Source: Vicinamibacteria bacterium
Lineage (GTDB): Bacteria; Acidobacteriota; Vicinamibacteria; Marinacidobacterales; Marinacidobacteraceae
Reading direction: 5' to 3'
Assembly (NCBI GenBank): GCA_963555995.3
Contig: OY821641.1
Span: 2,272,001-2,336,000, forward strand
Length of the DNA: 64,000 nt
Shown: positions 9,312 through 18,935 of the stretch, one piece after another
Layout: every line of letters starts with the position of its first letter
Numbering within the stretch: the first letter of the stretch is position 1
Program-made: the position numbers and the translations under genes
Notes under the pieces: model-generated
The model's database searches: none
What the model saw: only the letters and a program-made list of their open reading frames with translations
Told to the model about the DNA's origin: nothing

Positions 9312-9510
9312 GAGAAGCCGAAGGTTCCACAGCAAACGCGGTCATGCTTGCCCGTGTAAGGAGGGTCACCCATGAAGTCACGGATACCCATGTTGCTCGC
9401 CATCGCACGTCCCGCGGCGCGAGCGCGAGGACCGAAAGCTCCAGGAGACCCTCAGAGGACACGTAATCCTCTTGCCTTCGGGAGCGCCTTACGCGGCGGT
9501 CGTACAAAGG

Positions 9511-9543
9511 AAAAGCCCCGGGGCCGGTTGGCCCCGGGGCTCT
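9511..9543 (-). terminator. Intrinsic terminator of the lipoprotein gene
   Basis: AGCCCCGGGGCC/GGCCCCGGGGCT stem followed by TTTT on the minus strand. Confidence 0.8.
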
Positions 9544-9596
9544 GGATCCGCTAGGTGCAGATCACATCATCCTTGCGGATCCGGTCAGGATCGCTC

Positions 9597-11411
9597 CTAG
9601 CTCACCGTGCACTTGAGGAAATTGGTGACGTTGGCGCTGTTGAGTTCGCCCTCGGCAGAGCCACGGCCCAACCCAATCTCGCCGTCCGCGTCCCAGGTGC
9701 AACTGACCGTGTAATCCCTGGTTACCGAACAGGCGTGGTCAGTACCCTTGAAGTCCACGAAGGTTACGGAGGTCTCGATGTCCACCTCGGCGTCGCAGAG
9801 CGTGCCATCGGTCTTGGTTGTCCCCGTCTTCGCCTTACCGCCATCATCCGCGGAGCACTTCACGTCTGTATTGCTGGCGGTATCGAAGTTATCGGGCGTG
9901 TCATCTCCGCCACTGTTGGTTCCGGCGTGATCCTCAACGCCCAGGTCGCCATACATCGGATCGCCATCGGCATCAACGAGATCAATCCAACCGGCCACTC
10001 CGCCGGTGGCGGACACGTTGATCCTCTTGTTCAGACTCCCCGCAGTCGCTGCGCTGTCATTCGTAGTACCGGAGCCCAAGTTCAACTGCTGGGTGGTGCC
10101 GTCGTGAAGGTTCACAGGGGCCTTCTTCATTGCTTTGGACCCGTCGTGATACCACATGGAGTTGTAGCGGTTTGCCTTGGTCTGAAGTTTGATCGCCAAC
10201 GCTTGGATCACATCGTCGTCATCTTGACTAAAGACCGGCGTCACTGTGATCTTGCTCGGAATCTGGGCGTCCACTTCCGCTTCAAAGAGGTCGCAGACAT
10301 CCACCATGTCGGTCGCCATGTAGGACATGCTGTCGCAAGTGAGATCCTCAAAGGCTTCCCAGGCGATCTCACCCCACATCACACCGGCGCTCTGCGGCGC
10401 CATCGTGACCATGTAGTTGCCGATGTAGTCGCTCGAACTGGCGAGACGGAAACAGCCCTTGGGCTGATCCAGATCGCCCCTGACGGAGTTGTAGTCCGCA
10501 ATGGGCTCGCAGGGGATGATCTTGTTGGCGGCACTACTGGTGGCAGCGGCGGGATCCGCGTCGGCTACCAGCACCGTGGTGCCACCATCGCCGGTGATGA
10601 CGTCGTCCATCGGCAGCGCCGCGTCGCTGCTGCTCTTGGCGATGCCCTTCTTGGTCTTGGAGGTGTAGGTGCCGAAGTCGTGGGTGGCGTCGAACTTCAG
10701 GCTGGAGGTGTACAACCAACCAACGTCGTAGCCGTCGGGCTGCGTGAGCTGATCTGCGACGTCATCATCGGTGCCATTGGCATCTTCGGCATCGTCCCCG
10801 TTGTTGTCCACCATGCCGACTTCGAACATGAGCGTCGGATCCCAGCCCTGGCACGCCGCCGAGTTGGCGATGGAGATCTCCGGCGCCGCCGCACCCTCCG
10901 CGCACTCGAACGGTCCGCAGGTGATCAGCGCCGCGTCCCCGATCGGGAGCGGAACCTGGTTGGCCCCGATCTCCACCGGCTGCACGGCGAAGGTCACGCC
11001 CTTCGTCACGACCAAGCTCTGGAGCGCCTGCCAGTCCACGTACTGGAACGGCATGTTGTCGCCCGGAACCAGCCCGATCGGGCTCGCGGCGTCCATCCAG
11101 GTCGCGGCGATGATGGCCGGCATGTTGACCCCGACCTCCATGTCCTGATTCACCATCGCCATGGCGGTCTCCTCGTCGGTGCCGTCGAGCGCCACCATCG
11201 GGTTCTCGTCCTCCGGGATGTGGAAGTGGACATCGAATGGAGTCGGCTCGGGCTCGGGCTCAGGCTCGGGTTCCGGCTCGGGCTCGGGCTCCGGTTCAGG
11301 AGCCGGCGGTGGCGGTGGCGGCGCCGGTGCGGGCGTGGTGGCCGTGTCGTCGTCGCCACAACCCGAGAGCACGAGACCGGCACCCAGGAACATAGCAAAA
11401 AGGAGAATCAT
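9597..11411 (-). CDS. Pro/Glu-linker, Cys- and Asp-rich surface lipoprotein
   Basis: Lipobox LSGC; PAPAPPPPPPA(PE)n stalk; many Cys; no basic n-region in the signal peptide. Confidence 0.8.
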   Translation of the reverse strand: MILLFAMFLGAGLVLSGCGDDDTATTPAPAPPPPPPAPEPEPEPEPEPEPEPEPEPTPFDVHFHIPEDENPMVALDGTDEETAMAMVNQDMEVGVNMPAIIAATWMDAASPIGLVPGDNMPFQYVDWQALQSLVVTKGVTFAVQPVEIGANQVPLPIGDAALITCGPFECAEGAAAPEISIANSAACQGWDPTLMFEVGMVDNNGDDAEDANGTDDDVADQLTQPDGYDVGWLYTSSLKFDATHDFGTYTSKTKKGIAKSSSDAALPMDDVITGDGGTTVLVADADPAAATSSAANKIIPCEPIADYNSVRGDLDQPKGCFRLASSSDYIGNYMVTMAPQSAGVMWGEIAWEAFEDLTCDSMSYMATDMVDVCDLFEAEVDAQIPSKITVTPVFSQDDDDVIQALAIKLQTKANRYNSMWYHDGSKAMKKAPVNLHDGTTQQLNLGSGTTNDSAATAGSLNKRINVSATGGVAGWIDLVDADGDPMYGDLGVEDHAGTNSGGDDTPDNFDTASNTDVKCSADDGGKAKTGTTKTDGTLCDAEVDIETSVTFVDFKGTDHACSVTRDYTVSCTWDADGEIGLGRGSAEGELNSANVTNFLKCTVS

Positions 11412-11519
11412 GCCGTGTCCTGACCGGTAGGGCCACGAGCGCGCCCGGTGCGCGGCGCGGGGATGAGCGGCAGGCGGAAAGAGTTCTCGAACCCGTCACC
11501 ACGCGTCCCGGAGGCTGAA

Positions 11520-12584
11520 ATGTCCGAACCATCACAGACCCCCAAGCCGGCGCTCCGGCTGAGCCTCGCGCTCGCGGAGATCGCCGGCCGCGCCCGAGCG
11601 CTGCTCGACCGGGTGTCCGGCGAGGATCGGACGGTGGCGGCGGAACCGGCGACGCCGCGGATTCCGACGCTCGCCGAGGCCTTCGACGAGTTCCTGGCCG
11701 CCAACCCGCGGCGGAAGCGCAGCACCGAGGCGACCTACCGCAGCCAGATGCGCTACTGCCTCGGCGACTGGCTCCCGCGGCGGCTCGACACCATCACCCG
11801 CCGGGACGTCGAGGCGCGCTTCCACCGGGTCTCCGAGCGGCACGGGTGGGCGGTCGGAAACCACGCGATCGCGCTGCTGCGGGGGGTGTACCGGCGGCCG
11901 TGCGTGGACCACGAACGCCTTCGCAACCCCGTCGAAATGTGGCTCGCGGGCGGGGGGCGGTACCACCGTCCGGTGCGGCGGCGCATCGCGACGCCGGCCG
12001 AGGTGCTGCCGCGCTGGCGGGAGGGCATCGAGGCCGCGGTCCGCACCCCGGCGACGCGCGACATCTTCTGGTTCGGGATGTTCACCGGGATGCGCCGGGG
12101 GGAGATCCTGGCGCTCCGCTGGGAGTGCGTGGACCTCGAAGGCGGCGTCCTGCGGGTCGAGGAGACGAAGACGGGAGAGCCGCTCGAACTTCCCGTCACC
12201 CGGCAGTTGGCCGCGATCTTCGGGCGGCGGCGGGACGCCGGCCTTCGGGACGGGAGCCCCGGGGACTGGGTGTTTCCGTCGAAGACCAGCGCCTCGGGCC
12301 ACATCGAGGAACTGCAGCATCTCTATCCGCTCATCAGCCGGGCGGCAGGGACGAAGTTCTGGTTCCACGGGCTGCGGAACGCCTTCATCACGGTGGCCGA
12401 GCGCGACCTCGCGCTGCAGCCGTCGGTCACGAAACGCCTCGTCAACCACGCGCGGCCCGGCGACGTTACAGAAAATTACGCAGCCGCCTGGACCGTCCGG
12501 CAGTTGCGGGAACCGGCGCAGCGGATCGCGGACCGGATCGAGGCGCTCGCCGAGAGCGGCGCGGGGGACGGCGCGGACACCTGA
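11520..12584 (+). CDS. Tyrosine recombinase/integrase lacking an N-terminal arm-binding domain
   Basis: TGMRRGE (R), ETKTG (K), FHGLRNAF (HxxR), VNH, ENY catalytic set; GGAGG RBS. Confidence 0.92.
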   Translation: MSEPSQTPKPALRLSLALAEIAGRARALLDRVSGEDRTVAAEPATPRIPTLAEAFDEFLAANPRRKRSTEATYRSQMRYCLGDWLPRRLDTITRRDVEARFHRVSERHGWAVGNHAIALLRGVYRRPCVDHERLRNPVEMWLAGGGRYHRPVRRRIATPAEVLPRWREGIEAAVRTPATRDIFWFGMFTGMRRGEILALRWECVDLEGGVLRVEETKTGEPLELPVTRQLAAIFGRRRDAGLRDGSPGDWVFPSKTSASGHIEELQHLYPLISRAAGTKFWFHGLRNAFITVAERDLALQPSVTKRLVNHARPGDVTENYAAAWTVRQLREPAQRIADRIEALAESGAGDGADT

Positions 12585-12684
12585 GGCGAGCGCGCCGGCA
12601 GCCGGTGGCGAATGGCCGCACGACGTCCGCCCGCCTTCGGCGGGCTGTGCCGGTCTGAAGACCGGCGCTCCCAGCCGGTGGCGG

Positions 12685-13443
12685 TTATCGGGCCGGATCA
12701 GCCGCGGGAAAGTGATCGTCGGCCGTCGTTTGGCCCAGATGGAGCGACGCAAACGCCCGCCACGGGTCGCGCCCAACGCCTCCATGCCGGCATTGCAGCA
12801 GCGGGCGACCGTCGAGAACCCGGCGCGGCGATGTCAGAACGGCCTCCATGAGCCGTCCGACGACGGCGCGTTCGCCTTCCGCCAGGCGGCCGGTCGCCCA
12901 GGCGATCGCCTCCGGGTCGTATCGGTAGCCGCACGCGAGATCGTACCCGTCGCGGGCAAGCAGCCTCCTGCCGCCGGCGACCCGCCCGGCGAGCTTCGCG
13001 TGCAGAATCCCGCGCGGCGCGACCAGCGGTACGCCGGTCGCGGCGTCCGCCGCGCCGGATAACAGTTCCTGGCCGGGAACGGACCCCGGCACGATCCCCA
13101 CTCCGCCCGTGTCCGGGTACTCCCACCCGATCAGCCCCCGCGCGAACCGCGGCCGGGGAATCCGGCCATCCTCGTGCAGCCGTCGCAAGGCCGTCAGCAA
13201 GCGCGAGTCTTCGGCGCGCAGGCGCTCGAACGCCGCCGGATCGCAAACGAGGTCAATGTCCGTGCTCAGGCGGTGGGCCCACATCGCCGCCAGCGCGGTC
13301 CCGCCGCCGAGCCGCAGCGTGTCCATCACTTCGGGGGCGGTGTCGCGAAGCAGGGCCGCGGCCCGGGCCAGCGACTCCCCTGGCGTCCCGGCGACGGTTA
13401 CCACGGCCGCCCGGTTCCCACTGCCAGGCTTTCGGCCCGCCAC
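12685..13443 (-). CDS. AbiEii/AbiGii-family nucleotidyltransferase toxin
   Basis: LGGGTALA..HRLSTDIDL, HAKL, ARDGYDL; true start may be a GTG near 13405. Confidence 0.8.
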   Translation of the reverse strand: MAGRKPGSGNRAAVVTVAGTPGESLARAAALLRDTAPEVMDTLRLGGGTALAAMWAHRLSTDIDLVCDPAAFERLRAEDSRLLTALRRLHEDGRIPRPRFARGLIGWEYPDTGGVGIVPGSVPGQELLSGAADAATGVPLVAPRGILHAKLAGRVAGGRRLLARDGYDLACGYRYDPEAIAWATGRLAEGERAVVGRLMEAVLTSPRRVLDGRPLLQCRHGGVGRDPWRAFASLHLGQTTADDHFPAADPAR

Positions 13444-13823
13444 TCCGCATCCGTGTCGTCGGGCGTGTCCGGCCAGTCCTCGTCAGGCAGCACCAGGCGC
13501 AGCATGTCAACCAGCGCCACGTTCGGCACGCGGAAGCCCGGGAACACGGGCAGGTGGGCGCCCGTGGACCGCACGAAGTCTCCGACCTGCTTCGGGGTCA
13601 GTTCCCCATGCCAGAGCAGCCCGCCAAACTCAGCGGCATCCATTTCCCAAAGCAGTTCGCGTACGGTTCCCCGCCACTCGGAGTCGGGGCAGCCGCCCGC
13701 CCGTACCCATGCGACGAGGGTGTCGGTCGTCAGGTCGCCCGCCGTGCCCGCGAGCCGCTTGCGAACGGCGAAACCGAGCGCGGCCGCGAGCGCTTCGTCG
13801 TGCGCGTGGGGCTTCGGCTTCAT
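13398..13823 (-). CDS. Putative cognate antitoxin (hypothetical protein)
   Basis: Immediately upstream of and overlapping the AbiEii-like gene; protein-like composition from MKPKPH. Confidence 0.55.
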   Translation of the reverse strand: MKPKPHAHDEALAAALGFAVRKRLAGTAGDLTTDTLVAWVRAGGCPDSEWRGTVRELLWEMDAAEFGGLLWHGELTPKQVGDFVRSTGAHLPVFPGFRVPNVALVDMLRLVLPDEDWPDTPDDTDAEWRAESLAVGTGRPW

Positions 13824-13948
13824 CCGTTGCGGTTGCTCCGGCGGTCGCCTCCATGGTAGCGGGCCAGTCGGCAAACGAAGCGTGGGAGTCTCGTCCCCCT
13901 GCGGGGGACGATGCCGGTCTGAAGACCGGCGCTCCCGGCCAGCGCCGC

Positions 13949-15238
13949 TCAGTGCGGCCGCACCCAGGGCTGTCCGGACCGGAGGAAGGGCGGGTCCACC
14001 AGGGGCGCCTCGAAGGCGGCGGCGATGAAGGCGATGTCCTCCTCCCGGAGCAGGGCCGGGTCCCAGGTGATCGTCACCGCCGTCTGCTCCCCCCGGGACA
14101 TGGCCGCGAAGTAGAGCGGATGCCGTTCGTGGAGACAGGCGATCACCTCCATGCCGGCCACCTCGTTCAGCACCGGCTCCTCCTCGCCCGGCCAGCTCTC
14201 GAGGTGGGTGAACCCCGCGGTCCCGAAGTCCGCCCAGGGCCGGTAGAGCCACCGGCGGAGCAGGGGCGCGGCGGCGGGGAAGAGCGGTGCGGGGACCGGG
14301 ACCGGCGGGAGCGCCCACTCTCCCGTCCGCTTCTCGCGGTACACGATGCGGCGGACGGACCGGCAGCGCTCGAGGAAGGCCCGGTCCGCCACTCCGTCGA
14401 GGGGCTCGCGACGCACCCGGATCCGCGAGACGCCGTTCCCGAAACCCCGCAGGCGCTCCGTACGGATGTTCATCGGCACCCACAGCCCGATGCCGTCCAC
14501 CGAGACGCCCTGCCGCTCGTTCCACCGGGCGAGCGCGTCGAGCGCCGCCGCCAGCAGGCAGTCGTTCCACCGGAACCCCCCGACCGTCTGCGACAGCGAC
14601 GCGAGCGGCTCGCGGGGGACGATGATCGTGCGCCACCGGCGGCTCGCGGAGGGAGGTCCGGGACCGGTCGCGAGCGCGGCCGAGACCCCCGCGCGCAGGT
14701 TCCGGCGGGCGCGCTTCGGCGCCGGCAGCAGTTCCGGCGACGCCATCTGGGGGCGCGGCGGCATGGTTTCGAGACCCCGCGCCAACCGCAGTTGCCGCTG
14801 CACGAAGAGCAGCGTCCCGATCAGGTCCGACGCCGCGTGGTGCACCTGGGTCACGAGGCTCCACGACGGGGGATCGCCGATTCCGAGGAGCATCTGCCGG
14901 AGGGGCGGGCCTTCGCGAAGGGAGAACGGGGTCTCGAGGAACTCCTGGATCCGGAGCGCGCGCTCCCCCTCCGGAAACACCCGGATCACGAGCGCGGGCG
15001 GCGTCCCCGACCGCGTCTCCCACTTCGGAACGTCGAACGGCGGGTGGCGCAGGCGGCTGCCGGCGACCGGGAAGGCGGTTCGGGCCCCCTCCGCCCCCTG
15101 GTAGAGCGGCCCGAAGTCGGTCACCGCGTGCGACGACGGACCGAGATCGAGGACGAACGCGTAGTCGAGGGGCCGGGCCGGGGAATCCGCAAAGAGACAC
15201 GCCAGGTCCGGCGCGGCGAGCGGGACGGTTCCGGTCAG
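13949..15238 (-). CDS. WS/DGAT- or condensation-fold acyltransferase
   Basis: HHAASDLIG (HHxxxD motif), WNDCLLAA, VPMNIR..FGN; frame stays open upstream to CTG 15238 (LTGTVPLAAPDLACLFADSPARP). Confidence 0.7.
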   Translation of the reverse strand: MTGTVPLAAPDLACLFADSPARPLDYAFVLDLGPSSHAVTDFGPLYQGAEGARTAFPVAGSRLRHPPFDVPKWETRSGTPPALVIRVFPEGERALRIQEFLETPFSLREGPPLRQMLLGIGDPPSWSLVTQVHHAASDLIGTLLFVQRQLRLARGLETMPPRPQMASPELLPAPKRARRNLRAGVSAALATGPGPPSASRRWRTIIVPREPLASLSQTVGGFRWNDCLLAAALDALARWNERQGVSVDGIGLWVPMNIRTERLRGFGNGVSRIRVRREPLDGVADRAFLERCRSVRRIVYREKRTGEWALPPVPVPAPLFPAAAPLLRRWLYRPWADFGTAGFTHLESWPGEEEPVLNEVAGMEVIACLHERHPLYFAAMSRGEQTAVTITWDPALLREEDIAFIAAAFEAPLVDPPFLRSGQPWVRPH

Positions 15239-15493
15239 ACGGCTGGGGACGGCGCTTCTCGCCGGAGGGTGAACGGGATCCGGAGCACGAACGACACGAG
15301 GACAAAGACCGGCGGAACCCCCGTCACGCGTCGCGCGGGGCCCGCCGGGATGGCGGCGGGAAGATAACAGGCCGCGATGGCCGGAGAGTGCGTGAACGGG
15401 TCACGCGGGGCCGGTGGATTCGTCTTGACTCTAGCATTGCGCACCTGCGAGGCCGACAACCGCCGGCCGCCTCATGAAGGAGGGCTCCGACCC

Positions 15494-18400
15494 ATGTTCC
15501 CGACCACCGCCGACACCCACTGGCGCCTTCCCCGCATCCGTCCGGGCCGGACCGCGGTGCTCGTCGCGAGCCTGCTGCTCGCGGCCGCCCCGGGGACCGC
15601 GCAGACGCCGGACGCGGACGCCGGCTCCATCGCCGAGGCCATCGGGGGGCTGAAGCTCCGCGGCATCGGTCCGGCCCTCATGGGCGGGCGCATCGCGGAC
15701 ATCGCGGTGCATCCCGAGCGCCGCTCCACCTGGTACGTGGTCGTCGGCTCCGGGGGACTCTGGAAGACCGAGAACGGCGGCGCCACCTGGAAGCCGATCT
15801 TCGACGAGTACCCGTCCTACTCGCTCGGGACGGTCGCGCTCGACCCGTCGAGCCCGGAGGTGGTCTGGCTGGGCACCGGCGAGAACGTGAGCGGACGCCA
15901 CGTCGGCTGGGGCGACGGGGTGTACCGGAGCCGGAACGGCGGCGCCACCTGGGAGGCGGTGGGGCTCGCGGGTTCCCAGCACATCGGCAGGATCCTGGTG
16001 GACCCCCGCGACGGGGACACGGTCCTGGTGGCGGCGGAGGGGCCGCTGTGGAACGGGGGCGGCGAGCGCGGGGTGTACCGGACCGAGGACGGCGGGGCGA
16101 CCTGGACCCGCACCCTCGACCTCGGCCCCGACACCGGGGTGACCGACCTGGAGTTCGCCCCCGGGGATCCCGACACCGTCTATGCCGCGGCCTACCAGCG
16201 CCGGCGGCACGTCTGGTCGTTCCTGGCGGGCGGTCCGGGCTCCGGGATCCACAAGTCGGAGGACGGAGGCCGGACGTTCCGGAAGATCACGGCCGGCCTG
16301 CCGACGGGGGACGTGGGGAAGATCGGGCTGGCGGTGACTCCGGCGGACCCGCGCCTCGTGTACGCCACCATCGAGGCGGACGAGGAGGAGCGGGGCTTTT
16401 ACCGCTCGCTCGACCGGGGCGAGAGCTGGGAACGGCGGAACCCCTACCTCTCGGGAGGCACCGGGCCGCACTACTACCAGGAGATCGAGGCGTCGCCCAC
16501 CGACCCGGACCTCGTGTACCAGATGGACGTGTTCTTCCACGTGACCCGGGACGGGGGCAAGACGTTCGACTACCTCGGCACCGGCCGCGAGAAGCACAGC
16601 GACAACCACGCGCTCTGGATTGACCCGGACGACCCAGGGCACCTGCTCGGGGGCACCGATGCGGGCCTCTACGAGACGTACGACGAGGGCGTCACCTGGC
16701 GGCACTTCCCGAACCTGCCGGTCTCGCAGTTCTACAAGGTGGCGCTCAGCAACGGCGCGCCGTTCTACGACGTCCTCGGGGGCGCCCAGGACCTCGGCAC
16801 CGTCCACGGGCCTTCCCGGACGCTGAACCTGGAAGGGGTGCGGAACCGCGACTGGTACGTGCCGCTCGGAGCGGACGGCTATGGGGTGGAGATTGATCCG
16901 CGCGACGAGAACGTCCTGTACCTGATGACCCAGCAGGGGAACCTCTACCGCGCCGACCGGCGGAGCGACGAGGTGCTGCACATCGGGCCGGTGGCCGCCC
17001 CCGGCGACCCGCCCGAGCGCTGGAACTGGGACTCCCCCATCTTCATCAGCCCGCACAACCCCGACCGGCTCTATTTCGGGTCGCAGCGGGTGTGGCGGAG
17101 CGAGGACCGCGGCCAGTCGTGGACCGCGGTCAGCGGCGACCTGACCACCGGCCGGAACCGCTACGAACTGCCCTTCTACGACCGGATCTGGAGCGTGGAC
17201 GCGCTCCACGACACGAACGCCATGTCGCGCTACGCCACCCTGACCGGGATGTCCGAATCCCCGGTCGCCGAGGGCGTGCTGTTCGCGGGGAGCGATGACG
17301 GGCTGGTCCACGTGAGCGGCGACGGCGGGGCCAACTGGACCCGCGCGGCGGCGCTTCCGGGCCTTCCGGCGCTGTCCTTCTTCAACGACATCGAGGCCTC
17401 CCAGCACGACGCGGACACCGTGTTCGTGGTGGCGGACAACCACAAGATGGGGGACTTCCGCACCTACCTCTTCCGGAGCCGGGACCGGGGCGCGTCGTGG
17501 GAGTCCATCGCCGGCGACCTGCCCGACGGCACCATCGTCTGGGCCATCCAGCAGGACCACGAGGACCCCGACCTGCTCTTCCTGGGGGCCGAGTACGGGA
17601 TGCACGTCTCGTGGAACGGCGGGACGAACTGGGTGAAGCTGGAGGGCGCCCCGACGATCTCGTTCCGCGACCTGAAGGTGCAGCGGCGGGACGACGACCT
17701 GGTGGGGGCGACCTTCGGGCGCGGGTTCTACGTGCTGGACGACTACGCGCCGCTCCGCGGGATGGCGGACGCGGTGGGCGCCGGCGAGTCGGTGCTCTTC
17801 CCGCTGCGCGACGCGTGGTGGTACGTCCCGTCGGTCCCGGCGCAGGCGCCCGGCCGCCCGACGCAGGGCAGCACCGCCTTCGTGGCGGACAACCCGCCGT
17901 TCGGCGCGGTGTTCACCTACTACCTCGCCGAGGACCTGAAGACGGCGCGGGAGGAGCGGCGCGAGAGCGAGAAGGAGACCCGCGAGGAGGGCGGCGACGT
18001 CGCCTTCCCCGGCTTCGACACCCTGCGGATCGAGGAGCTCGAGGCGGACCCGGCGGTGTTCGTGGTGATCCGGGACGCGGACGGCGAGCCGGTGCGCCGG
18101 ATCGCCGGGCCGGCGGCGAAGGGCGTCCACCGGGTGGCGTGGGACCTCCGCGGCCCGGCGCCGAACCCGGTGAACCTGACGACGCCGGGGTTCTCGCCGC
18201 CGTGGGTGCGGCCCCCGCAGGGACCGCTGGCGGCGCCCGGGGAATACCAGGCGCAGCTCGTGGCGGTGACCCGCGACGGGGCGCGGAGCCTGGGCGAGCC
18301 GCAGCGGTTCGGGGTGAAGCCGGTGCCGAACCTGCCCGAGGGGGTGGACCCGGCGGCGGTGGCGGCCTTCCAGGCGGAGACCGCGGCGCTCCTCCGGCAG

Positions 18401-18817
18401 ATCCACGGGGCGGCGGCCGAGGCCGGCCGGGTCCGGGAGCGGCTGCGGTACCTGCGGGCGGCGCTGAACGAGACCCCACGCGCCGGGGAGGCGCTCTTCG
18501 GGCGGATGGACACCATCCTGCGGACGCTCTCCGATCTCGAAGTCCGGCTGAACGGCGACCCGGCGCGGCAGTCGCGCAACCACCCGGCCGCGCCCTCCAT
18601 CCGCGGCCGGGCCGGCGGGGTCGCCGGCGGCCACTGGGACACCCGGCAGACGCCCACTCGGACCCAGCGCGAGAGCCTCCGCATCGCCGGGGAGGAGTTC
18701 GGCGTCCTGCGGGGCGAATTGCGGGCGCTGGTGGACGAGGACCTGGCCCAACTCGAAGCCGACCTCGAGGCCGCCGGCGCCCCCTGGACGCCGGGGAGGA
18801 AGATCCCGGGACGTTAG
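15494..18817 (+). CDS. Secreted VPS10/BNR-repeat glycosyl hydrolase-like protein
   Basis: LRGIGPALMGGRIADI; many S/TxDGGxTW Asp boxes; C-terminal helical tail; AAGGAGG RBS. Confidence 0.9.
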   Translation: MFPTTADTHWRLPRIRPGRTAVLVASLLLAAAPGTAQTPDADAGSIAEAIGGLKLRGIGPALMGGRIADIAVHPERRSTWYVVVGSGGLWKTENGGATWKPIFDEYPSYSLGTVALDPSSPEVVWLGTGENVSGRHVGWGDGVYRSRNGGATWEAVGLAGSQHIGRILVDPRDGDTVLVAAEGPLWNGGGERGVYRTEDGGATWTRTLDLGPDTGVTDLEFAPGDPDTVYAAAYQRRRHVWSFLAGGPGSGIHKSEDGGRTFRKITAGLPTGDVGKIGLAVTPADPRLVYATIEADEEERGFYRSLDRGESWERRNPYLSGGTGPHYYQEIEASPTDPDLVYQMDVFFHVTRDGGKTFDYLGTGREKHSDNHALWIDPDDPGHLLGGTDAGLYETYDEGVTWRHFPNLPVSQFYKVALSNGAPFYDVLGGAQDLGTVHGPSRTLNLEGVRNRDWYVPLGADGYGVEIDPRDENVLYLMTQQGNLYRADRRSDEVLHIGPVAAPGDPPERWNWDSPIFISPHNPDRLYFGSQRVWRSEDRGQSWTAVSGDLTTGRNRYELPFYDRIWSVDALHDTNAMSRYATLTGMSESPVAEGVLFAGSDDGLVHVSGDGGANWTRAAALPGLPALSFFNDIEASQHDADTVFVVADNHKMGDFRTYLFRSRDRGASWESIAGDLPDGTIVWAIQQDHEDPDLLFLGAEYGMHVSWNGGTNWVKLEGAPTISFRDLKVQRRDDDLVGATFGRGFYVLDDYAPLRGMADAVGAGESVLFPLRDAWWYVPSVPAQAPGRPTQGSTAFVADNPPFGAVFTYYLAEDLKTAREERRESEKETREEGGDVAFPGFDTLRIEELEADPAVFVVIRDADGEPVRRIAGPAAKGVHRVAWDLRGPAPNPVNLTTPGFSPPWVRPPQGPLAAPGEYQAQLVAVTRDGARSLGEPQRFGVKPVPNLPEGVDPAAVAAFQAETAALLRQIHGAAAEAGRVRERLRYLRAALNETPRAGEALFGRMDTILRTLSDLEVRLNGDPARQSRNHPAAPSIRGRAGGVAGGHWDTRQTPTRTQRESLRIAGEEFGVLRGELRALVDEDLAQLEADLEAAGAPWTPGRKIPGR

Positions 18818-18918
18818 GGAGCACCCGCCCCGGGAGCGCCGGTCTTCAGACCGGCACAGCGGGCCGCAGGCCCGCGGAGATGTTCCGGAACCCCACTCCG
18901 GCCGCAGGAGCCACGCTA

Positions 18919-18935
18919 TGAATGATTATCATTCA
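18919..18935. promoter_or_regulatory. Perfect 8-1-8 palindrome (Fur-box-like or auto-operator)
   Basis: TGAATGAT-T-ATCATTCA, AT-rich, overlapping the start of the ATPase gene. Confidence 0.5.

Noticed and set aside
9544-9582. Integron attC site
   Set aside because: The imperfect hairpin lacks RYYYAAC/GTTRRRY boxes and the recombinase shows no IntI-specific insertion; likely a 3' UTR stem
9555-11423. 622-aa plus-strand ORF
   Set aside because: Antisense shadow of the lipoprotein gene
7450-12584. Prophage or ICE
   Set aside because: No structural, replication or conjugation genes
13109-15367. 752-aa plus and 635-aa minus ORFs
   Set aside because: Arg/Pro-rich GC shadow frames; only the last 141 codons of the minus ORF look real
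15431-18751. 1106-aa minus-strand ORF
   Set aside because: Antisense shadow of the VPS10-like gene
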